Origin: Candidatus Poribacteria bacterium
GTDB lineage: Bacteria; Poribacteria; WGA-4E; PCPOR2b
Direction of reading: 5' to 3'
Length of the DNA: 64,000 nt
NCBI GenBank assembly: GCA_965208675.1
Contig: OZ242351.1
Location: 160,001 to 224,000, forward strand
Part shown: positions 56,352 to 64,000 of the stretch, piece by piece
Layout of the letters: each line of letters opens with the position of its first letter
Position numbering within the stretch: the first letter of the stretch is position 1
Translations under genes and position numbers: made by a program
The notes under the pieces: generated by a model
What the model saw: the letters and a program-made list of their open reading frames with translations, nothing else
Databases searched by the model: none
Told to the model about the DNA's origin: nothing

Positions 56352-59300
56352 ATGAGCATGCCAATTCACTCTAGATTTCACCCCCTAGTTGCAAAATGGT
56401 TTACCCGAAAAATTGGTGAACCCACCGACGTACAAGCACAGGCTTGGCCGAAGATAGCTGATGGTGATCACGTGTTGATTACTGCGCCGACAGGGAGTGG
56501 AAAGACTTTGACGGCGTTTTTGTGGTCAATTAATCAGTTAGTGACGGGATCGTTGCCCATTGGACACACAAGCGTCCTCTATGTTTCGCCGCTCAAAGCA
56601 CTCAACAATGACATTCGGCGTAACCTACTTGAACCGCTTCGTGGTTTGAGACAGGTCTTTGAAGCGTCGGGACAACCATTCCCCAATATCCGCGTATTAA
56701 CCCGCAGCGGAGACACGCCTCAGTCGGATCGGCGCCGTATGCAGCGCCACCCGCCCGAGATTCTTATAACCACCCCTGAAAGCCTGAATCTTTTGCTCAG
56801 TTCGAATAGCGGCCGGTCTGTTCTAACGAAGATTGCGGCGGTAATTCTTGACGAGATTCACGCCGTAGTCGGTACAAAGCGCGGGACACATCTGATTACC
56901 GCTGTAGACCGATTGGTGCGTCTTTCCGGGGAATTTCAACGAATCGCACTGTCCGCTACAATCCGGCCCATGGAAACTGTCGCTGAGTTTGTAGGCGGAT
57001 ATACCACTGATGGAAACGTGCATGACCCGCAGTATTCAGCGAGGATTGTTTCGACGGTGCGCTCAAATGCCAACAAAGATTACGATGTACAGGTACGATT
57101 CCCGCAAGAAGCAGCGGAAGACCCGAATCGCGAGTCGTTTTGGGACCCGCTCATTTATGCTTTTAAGGAAATTATCGTCCGGAACCGTTCAACCCTACTC
57201 TTCGCCAACAGCAGGAGGCTGTGCGAGCGGTTGACGTTGAAGATTAACGCCGACGAAGAGCAACCTATCGCATACGCACACCACGGTTCCTTGTCTCGCG
57301 AAATCCGGGAAACGGTTGAGGCAAAACTCAAAGCGGGTGAATTGAAAGCCATTATCGCAACAAGTTCACTGGAGATGGGCATAGACATTGGCGCGCTGGA
57401 TGAAGTTGTGCTTATCCAATCCCCATTCTCAATATCGTCGGCGATTCAGCGAATCGGCCGTGCAGGCCATCAGGTTGGCGAGGTGAGTCGCGCCACGGTG
57501 TTCCCGACTCATTCGCGCGACTTTCTTGATGCCGCGGTCCTATCCGAAGCCATTAATACTCACGCAATTGAAGCCGTTAAACCTGTCAAATGTCCCCTTG
57601 ATGTGTTATCACAGATTGTCATTTCAATGGCGGCAATGGAGACCTGGGACATTGATGAGCTGTATATGCAACTGAGAACGAGTTACCCATACCGATTCCT
57701 CGGCCGCGAGCAGTTTGACCAAGTGCTGAATATGTTGGCAGGGCGGTACGCCGATAGCCGCATCCGTGAACTCAAACCGCGTGTGTCGATTGACCGGCTT
57801 GATAATACAGTTTCATCCAGAAAGGGAGCCATACAAGCGGTTTATATGTACGGCGGGACGATTCCTGACCGCGGGAATTTTCATATGCGCCACCTTGAGA
57901 CTAACGCCCGAATCGGCGAACTAGACGAAGAGTTCGTTTGGGAAAACGGAGAGGGAAGCGTATTCACGCTAGGTACACAATCGTGGAGAGTTGAGCGTGT
58001 AAGCCACAGCGACGTATTTGTCCTGCCAAATAAATCTCACCGGAAGGAAACGCCATTTTGGCGGGCCGAAGACCATGGGCGCGACTTCCACTATTCGGAA
58101 CGTGTCGGCCTTTTTCTCGAAACCGCCAATGACCGGCTGGACGACCCTGGCTTTGCTGAAAACCTGCAACGCGAAAATTGCATGGACGAAACAGCGGCAA
58201 TACAACTGATCGACTTTTTAAAAAGGCAAAAGGGTGCAACGGGATGCGACCTGCCGCATCGACATCATGTCTTGGTCGAAAACGTCCCAACCGGTTACGA
58301 TGGAGGCCCGGGAAATCAAGTCGTAATCCACACCTTCTGGGGTGCCAAAGTTAATCGGCCATTTGGTCTGACGCTTTCGTCCGCATGGGCAAGCCGATTC
58401 GGTTATCAACTAGAAATCCATGCTACTGACGATTGCATTGTGTTAATGCTGCCGGAGGATCTGCCCGCGGAGGATCTGATGTCGATGGTAACAAGTGCCG
58501 CGCTTCAACCCCTCCTTCGAAAACAGCTCGAAGGATCAGGTTATTTTAGCGCTAGGTTTCGGGAGTGCGCCGGGAGGTCATTACTGTTGACGTCCGGCAA
58601 GATGAACCAACGGATTCCCCTCTGGTTGAGCCGCTTACGGTCACAGAAATTAATGACAGCCGTGATGAAATACGAGGATTTCCCCATACTGCTGGAGACG
58701 TGGCGTACCTGCCTACAAGACGAGTTTGATTTGGACAGCCTTCAGCAGGTGCTCACAGAGCTTGAATCAGGTGCTATTTCTTGGACAGCGGTAAATACAC
58801 GCTACGCCAGCCCGATGGCGCAAAATGCTTCTTGGCGCCAGATAAACGAGTATATGTATATGGTCGATTATGCAAAATCGAACCACACTTCAATGCTTCG
58901 GAATGATCTCCTTCGCGATGTCGTGTTTATGCCGAGTTTACGCCCGACGGTCACGCAAGTGCTAGTTCAAGAGTTTGAACACAAACGCCAGCGGTTGAGT
59001 CCGGGGTACTCGCCGCAGACTGCACGCGACTTGGTTGATTGGGTAAAGGAACGGCTCATCATTACTGAGTTGGAGTGGGAATCGCTCCTAAACGCAATCC
59101 ATAACGACCACCGCCTCGATTTAGGCGAACTTCTCCGCTCCGTTGGCGATAAACTTGTGCGGGTAAAACTCCCTCAATCCTCCAATTGGTCAATTGTTGC
59201 CGTCGAAACGATGCCTCGAATCCGCAGATTATTCAACGATAAAGAGGCGATTGATGTTGAACCATTCAACCAATCAACGGGTATTCCCCAAGAACAGTTG

Positions 59301-60902
59301 TTCTCACATGACCAATGTGGTGAACAGGACGACCCGATTGACATGCAAGCCCTTACCTTGGTGTTGGAAGAATGGTTGCAGTTCTATGGTCCGAAAACCG
59401 CCGAATTCATTCAAGATTCGCTCGGTATAGAAAGCGGACGATTGCAGTTAATGCTCGAAGACCTCGTTGATTCGCAAAGGATTGTCATCGGGCAACTCGT
59501 AGCAGATACCAACGATCAAACTGTCTGCGACAGTGAAAACTTCGAGATTCTTCTGCGCCTGACACGCCGAGACGCCATTCCGACGTTCGAACCGCTTGAT
59601 TTTGAATGGTTACCCGTCCTTCTTGCCGAGGGCCAAGGGCTCACATCTCCTGAAGACGATGAAGAAGGCCTGTTCGCTAGCATCGAACAGTTGGCTTGTT
59701 ATCCGCTGCAAGCGGGACTCTGGGAATCGGATATTCTACCTGCCCGACTCTACCCGTATTCTACATCGTGGCTCGATACTATCATGATGGAAGGCGGCCT
59801 CCGGTGGGTCGGCATGGAAAACCGACGTGTAGTTTTCTGCTTTGATTCGGATCGAGACCTTATGCAAGAGAAAAACAGCGACGGCGGCAGTGAGTCGTCG
59901 GACGCTGAGAGTGAAATCAGGGAAGAGACGGACGCGCCGATGCAGCGCATGAAAATGCTCCACGCAGAAGATATTGACAATCTGTTTCCTGATGAAACCG
60001 GTCGTTACGATTTTGCTTCCATGTTACGAACGTCATCGCTTAGTGCGAGCCAATTGACAGAGCAGATATGGAATTTAGTTTGGGCGGGTCTGGTAACCAA
60101 CGACACATTTATGTCACTGCGAAAAGGCGTACAGAGCAAGTTCAAGCACCCGGAAGTTGGCGTGTCCAAAGAACGCAGCAGGCATCGTCGTTTAAGCCGC
60201 CGCACCGATTTTGGCAGATGGAAGAGTTCAAGTTCCTACATCGGTAATTGGTACCGGCTGCCGTCACTAAATCTTTCCGACGACCTAATTGAGGCGGAAG
60301 AGCTAAAGAAAGATCGCGCGAGATTGTTGCTAAACCGGTACGGAATTGTGTTTCGGGAGTTGTTGCAGAGAGAACTGCCTACGTTCCGTTGGACGGATAT
60401 CTTTCGATCTTTGCGTATCATGGAGCTGTCCGGCGAGGTTCTGGCTGGTTGTTTCTTCCATGGAATCCCCGGCCCCCAGTTTATCTCACATCAGGCGTTT
60501 CGGAGGTTAAACCGGCATCTCCCGATAGATAAAATTTTCTGGATAAATGCCGCGGATCCGGCGTCCTTGTGCGGCCTTCAACTCGATGCCGTCAAAGGAA
60601 AAATGCCGAAGCGAGTTCCTAGCACTCATTTGGTCTTTCGTGGACGCAAAATTGTGATGATTTCAGAGCGCAATGGCAAAACGCTTAAGTTTAATGTGCC
60701 GCACGACGACCGGCAAATACAGTTGTATCTCGGAGCCCTGCATCATCTGCTCAGGCGCGAATTTCAACCAATTCCCCGAATCACAATCGAGATTATCAAC
60801 GGCGAGGACGCGGCGCGGAGTCCATACGCTGATGTGTTGCGGACCGCTTTTGAGGTGACAATTGATTACAAGCATCTTATTCTCTATCGCAAATCGGTTT
60901 GA
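56352..60902 (+). CDS. lhr: Lhr-family ATP-dependent helicase (full length, with C-terminal extension)
   Basis: APTGSGKTLTAF, YVSPLKAL, ITTPESL, DEIH, LSAT, HHGSLS, ATSSLEMGIDIG, QRIGRAGH, GGTIPDRG, LLNRYGIV, AADPASLCG. Confidence 0.92.
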   Translation: MSMPIHSRFHPLVAKWFTRKIGEPTDVQAQAWPKIADGDHVLITAPTGSGKTLTAFLWSINQLVTGSLPIGHTSVLYVSPLKALNNDIRRNLLEPLRGLRQVFEASGQPFPNIRVLTRSGDTPQSDRRRMQRHPPEILITTPESLNLLLSSNSGRSVLTKIAAVILDEIHAVVGTKRGTHLITAVDRLVRLSGEFQRIALSATIRPMETVAEFVGGYTTDGNVHDPQYSARIVSTVRSNANKDYDVQVRFPQEAAEDPNRESFWDPLIYAFKEIIVRNRSTLLFANSRRLCERLTLKINADEEQPIAYAHHGSLSREIRETVEAKLKAGELKAIIATSSLEMGIDIGALDEVVLIQSPFSISSAIQRIGRAGHQVGEVSRATVFPTHSRDFLDAAVLSEAINTHAIEAVKPVKCPLDVLSQIVISMAAMETWDIDELYMQLRTSYPYRFLGREQFDQVLNMLAGRYADSRIRELKPRVSIDRLDNTVSSRKGAIQAVYMYGGTIPDRGNFHMRHLETNARIGELDEEFVWENGEGSVFTLGTQSWRVERVSHSDVFVLPNKSHRKETPFWRAEDHGRDFHYSERVGLFLETANDRLDDPGFAENLQRENCMDETAAIQLIDFLKRQKGATGCDLPHRHHVLVENVPTGYDGGPGNQVVIHTFWGAKVNRPFGLTLSSAWASRFGYQLEIHATDDCIVLMLPEDLPAEDLMSMVTSAALQPLLRKQLEGSGYFSARFRECAGRSLLLTSGKMNQRIPLWLSRLRSQKLMTAVMKYEDFPILLETWRTCLQDEFDLDSLQQVLTELESGAISWTAVNTRYASPMAQNASWRQINEYMYMVDYAKSNHTSMLRNDLLRDVVFMPSLRPTVTQVLVQEFEHKRQRLSPGYSPQTARDLVDWVKERLIITELEWESLLNAIHNDHRLDLGELLRSVGDKLVRVKLPQSSNWSIVAVETMPRIRRLFNDKEAIDVEPFNQSTGIPQEQLFSHDQCGEQDDPIDMQALTLVLEEWLQFYGPKTAEFIQDSLGIESGRLQLMLEDLVDSQRIVIGQLVADTNDQTVCDSENFEILLRLTRRDAIPTFEPLDFEWLPVLLAEGQGLTSPEDDEEGLFASIEQLACYPLQAGLWESDILPARLYPYSTSWLDTIMMEGGLRWVGMENRRVVFCFDSDRDLMQEKNSDGGSESSDAESEIREETDAPMQRMKMLHAEDIDNLFPDETGRYDFASMLRTSSLSASQLTEQIWNLVWAGLVTNDTFMSLRKGVQSKFKHPEVGVSKERSRHRRLSRRTDFGRWKSSSSYIGNWYRLPSLNLSDDLIEAEELKKDRARLLLNRYGIVFRELLQRELPTFRWTDIFRSLRIMELSGEVLAGCFFHGIPGPQFISHQAFRRLNRHLPIDKIFWINAADPASLCGLQLDAVKGKMPKRVPSTHLVFRGRKIVMISERNGKTLKFNVPHDDRQIQLYLGALHHLLRREFQPIPRITIEIINGEDAARSPYADVLRTAFEVTIDYKHLILYRKSV

Positions 60903-61068
60903 ATACAAATTAACAAATGCGCCACTATGGGAAAATGAAAAAGGCTTTCTCAATGTCATTTCAGATTCGACTGCGCCAGTAGCACTACCATTGAGTAAAA
61001 AATCTACCGTATTCCACAGCAAATTGTGGGGATGCGAAAAACCCGTTGTGTCCTCGAAAAGCTATCCT

Positions 61069-62106
61069 ATGCCAGTGAAAAAATTTATGATTATGATTGC
61101 GATTGTATTGAACATTATGGTAAACGGTGTTGTGTCTGCTCAGGATGCTGGCGGGAGATTGGTCTTTGCCATCCGCAATCCATTCTTGCATCAAGATGGA
61201 TTCCGGGCAGCAACGGGAACGTTGGAGAAAGGCAGAAGTACGACAAAATGGTGGGAGTTCCATGAGTATAATGTTTGCACCATGGATCCAGCCGGAACCG
61301 ATTTTCGCCAACTCACAGACGATGGGGTTTCGCGCAGGCCGCGATGGTCACCGGACAGACAGCGAATCGCTTACATCTCTGGAGTTGATGGTGCTGAATC
61401 GCTATGTGTGATGGCGGACGACGGCACAGAGAAAAATCGGCTCGCCAAGGAAAAACATCGCATTCACGATTTTTGGTGGGCTCCGTCAAGTGATGCCATT
61501 CTTGTTGCGCTGGAAATTGAGCAAGCAAGGAACCAATTGGAAAACTGGGTCGTGACGATTGATGGAAAATCTACAAAGCGGTGGCGAACCAGCCGATGGG
61601 CAGAGGGATGGCGGCACTGGAATGTAAACGGCGCCAAAGTCAATGAACCGAGAAACAGATTGATGGATGCGCTGCCGGAAGGGACGAAATGGCCGGTGTG
61701 GTCGCCGGATCGGAAGTGGATTGCGTTTACGACAAACGATCGCTTCCTGGCGTTGGCGGAACCAGACATTGTCGGTGCGACAGGCTCATGGTTTCTCCAA
61801 CGCGACGAACCGCCGTGTCAAGGGATTGAGGAGTGGTCGCCGGATGGAAAGCAGATTCTCTTTTATACAGCGGGAAAAATCTGCGTCGCCGCGGTAGAGA
61901 ACGGCCGTTTCACGAAATACCGGAATCTTAGCCTTTACAGCGGGTGGGACGCGGCATGGAGTCCGGATGGTAGTCAAATTGCATTCGTTGGACACGATTC
62001 GGCCGGACGCGACACTAGCGAAATCTTCCTATTAGATGTTGAGACAGGAAATATGCGTCAGATTACTTCAAGCACCCACGGTTATTTGGATTTGCATTGG
62101 CGGTAA
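61069..62106 (+). CDS. Secreted TolB-like/PD40 beta-propeller protein
   Basis: Signal peptide ...VVSA-Q. Repeated PxWSPD motifs (PRWSPD, PVWSPD, EWSPDG, AWSPDG). Confidence 0.82.
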   Translation: MPVKKFMIMIAIVLNIMVNGVVSAQDAGGRLVFAIRNPFLHQDGFRAATGTLEKGRSTTKWWEFHEYNVCTMDPAGTDFRQLTDDGVSRRPRWSPDRQRIAYISGVDGAESLCVMADDGTEKNRLAKEKHRIHDFWWAPSSDAILVALEIEQARNQLENWVVTIDGKSTKRWRTSRWAEGWRHWNVNGAKVNEPRNRLMDALPEGTKWPVWSPDRKWIAFTTNDRFLALAEPDIVGATGSWFLQRDEPPCQGIEEWSPDGKQILFYTAGKICVAAVENGRFTKYRNLSLYSGWDAAWSPDGSQIAFVGHDSAGRDTSEIFLLDVETGNMRQITSSTHGYLDLHWR

Positions 62107-62206
62107 TGGTACCAAAAATTACCGATGCTTTTCCGATTCCCTACCGGATTTCGTGCAAGCTTCATTGACTTGCAGCCACAGGCGCGGTACAAAGAGTTAA
62201 ATTCAG

Positions 62207-63976
62207 CTAATTGTCATCGTCGCGCTCACTGAGTAACTCACCTCGCGCAAGGCGTTCGGCATTCTCCGTTGACCAAAGGATGTTCTTCATCAACTTCTGT
62301 GCAGTAATGTACCGGGTTGCAGCCAAAATGTGTATTCGCTTTTCCTCCGGATCGCCTGACAGGTCGAAGTGTCTCAAGGCGGCTTCAAGCACCTGGAACA
62401 TGTGAAGCTCTGCATCTTCACGAAGCAAGATGTGGCAGAGCGCCTGCCTAAGATTTTTGATGTCGTGTCCCTCCTCAAGGTACTGATTCACTAAAATCTC
62501 CGCTTCATAGACCTTCTGGAAATCCGCCATTTCTTGAAGGCGGTCCAACATCTGTTTGGAGGAATCATAGGTTTCGTCAAGTCGCTGTCCGGGTTTTGGT
62601 ACGCGTGCGGCGGGCATATTTAGCCAACGGAGATAGGTTAGGAACACCACACCGTGAAAGATTCCGCGTAATAGCTCTGCGCTCGGTGCGTAATGGAATG
62701 CGCAATAAAGGGCATGGGCGTACGAGTAGATGTTTGCCACATCGTGCCAATCCCCTTCATTTTTTAAGTGAAACTGCACAATGCGAATTGCAGACGCATA
62801 AGTCATCGCACGGCAGATGTCGTCCGGACTGACGCCTGCACGGAGTTTCTCTTCAACCGCCGCAACAATCGGTCTGAAATCTTCACCAAGTAGGACCTGC
62901 GAAAATTCGGATACATCAAGCGATGCCTCGTTTGCGGCATTTTCTTCCCATATATCGTGAATTCGAGAGAAGACCGAATCCAGCACGGAAATAGAATCAG
63001 CCCAGCGCGACGTTTCCTCATGCCGAGTTCGGCTGACCAAATCGACGATTATCGGGCGTAATATTTCATGAGCCCCTTCCCACTCGACGTAATCCAATGC
63101 CTCAAACATCTTATTCGCGAAATCGAGTGCGTGGCCGTTGCCGGTGAAGTAGAAGTCGGTCGCCGCAGTAAAGACGAAATCAGCGATGACTGACTTTGTG
63201 TATCCGCGGTCGTTGAGCGTCAACAAAATACGTTCCGCCGCGCCGCGGTGCCGTTTTTCTACAAAATAGCGGAACCACCGTTTGAGTGTTGTAAGGTCAT
63301 GCTCTTCGGATGTGCGCGGAAAAGGTGCGCGGTATGGGCGTGAACTCCCTGTTGTTCTTCGGCTAACCTGAGCGAGGCCATGCACCAGAAACAAATTGTG
63401 GTCTTTGGGGTCAACTTCGTTCCACAGGTTGCCCGCAAGTGTGAGAATCGTAACACCGGACGACCAACCTTCGCTGCTTTTGTGCGCACCGTAGTAAAGT
63501 CCTTGTTGAATTATTTCCCGCGGTGATGCTCCTGCGCCTTGTATAGCGGTGACCGCTTTCGCAATGAAAAAGGAGCTCTGGTCTTTGAGCCCTCGCTCCA
63601 GCGCACGCTTGCCGCGTTCAATAGCGCGGCGTTTGGCGGCTTCCTTCTCCCCGTGGGCAACGCCAACGTAGAGATAACCGTCATCACGAGACTCGACAGG
63701 GAATGCCTTTAAATCATCGCCGAACGCTTGAAAACAGCCGCCCGATTTGAGGTCGAATTCCCAGTGATGCCAATGGCAGATTAACACACCATCTCGGAGG
63801 CTGCCCTTGGACATCGGATAACCCATATGCGGACAGCGATTATCAACCGCGTAAAATTTACCCTCAAATTTGAAGATGGCGAGGTGAGTGCCGTTGACAT
63901 GAAACGGTTTGCCTTCAAGCTCTGCAAAGTCATCAGCACGGCACAGTTGGTGGTAGACGAGATTGGCTCCCTCCAC
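62207..63976 (-). CDS. Rieske 2Fe-2S protein with large helical C-terminal region (frame open to the window end)
   Basis: NRCPHMGYP...ICHWHHWEFDL, GHALDFANK, LLREDA. Confidence 0.85.
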   Translation of the reverse strand: MEGANLVYHQLCRADDFAELEGKPFHVNGTHLAIFKFEGKFYAVDNRCPHMGYPMSKGSLRDGVLICHWHHWEFDLKSGGCFQAFGDDLKAFPVESRDDGYLYVGVAHGEKEAAKRRAIERGKRALERGLKDQSSFFIAKAVTAIQGAGASPREIIQQGLYYGAHKSSEGWSSGVTILTLAGNLWNEVDPKDHNLFLVHGLAQVSRRTTGSSRPYRAPFPRTSEEHDLTTLKRWFRYFVEKRHRGAAERILLTLNDRGYTKSVIADFVFTAATDFYFTGNGHALDFANKMFEALDYVEWEGAHEILRPIIVDLVSRTRHEETSRWADSISVLDSVFSRIHDIWEENAANEASLDVSEFSQVLLGEDFRPIVAAVEEKLRAGVSPDDICRAMTYASAIRIVQFHLKNEGDWHDVANIYSYAHALYCAFHYAPSAELLRGIFHGVVFLTYLRWLNMPAARVPKPGQRLDETYDSSKQMLDRLQEMADFQKVYEAEILVNQYLEEGHDIKNLRQALCHILLREDAELHMFQVLEAALRHFDLSGDPEEKRIHILAATRYITAQKLMKNILWSTENAERLARGELLSERDDDN

Positions 63977-64000
63977 ATATTCAACAGGAGGGGTCTCGAC

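Noticed and set aside
56352-60902. Lhr helicase as part of a defence system
   Set aside because: It is a typical stand-alone full-length Lhr with no defence neighbours.

Overview
Bacterial chromosomal window, probably from Candidatus Poribacteria or a close relative. This is inferred from three PhyH-family dioxygenases, a sulfotransferase, a DUF6785-like membrane protein, secreted HEAT/TPR proteins, a C-terminal 'AVxPxxKLxxTWGxIK' motif, and PorV- and PorX-like genes. Housekeeping genes include mutY, msrB, a CCA-family nucleotidyltransferase, lgt, proA, proB, obgE, rpmA, rplU, an RNase E/G gene and lhr. The main feature is a ~14 kb minus-strand defence island (27112-40932) between rpmA and obgE, two genes that are normally adjacent. 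Its core is a SNF2 helicase with a C-terminal DUF3883/PD-(D/E)xK nuclease, a DUF1156 adenine methyltransferase and a DUF499 ATPase (frameshifted in this sequence). Accessory genes sit before and between these core genes: an RxxxxH HEPN-like protein, a stand-alone OLD-type ATPase-TOPRIM nuclease, a DUF2281-like remnant, a RAYT transposase flanked by GTAG-type REP doublets, and an MNT antitoxin whose HEPN toxin partner has been deleted in frame. Other observations are stacked REP/MITE elements upstream of obgE, a structured-RNA candidate upstream of the RNase E/G gene, a probable ATT start codon, an HxG-motif Fe/2OG enzyme (possible halogenase) and two homopolymer frameshifts. No tRNA, rRNA or CRISPR array was recognised. 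All family assignments come from motif recognition by eye, not from database searches.
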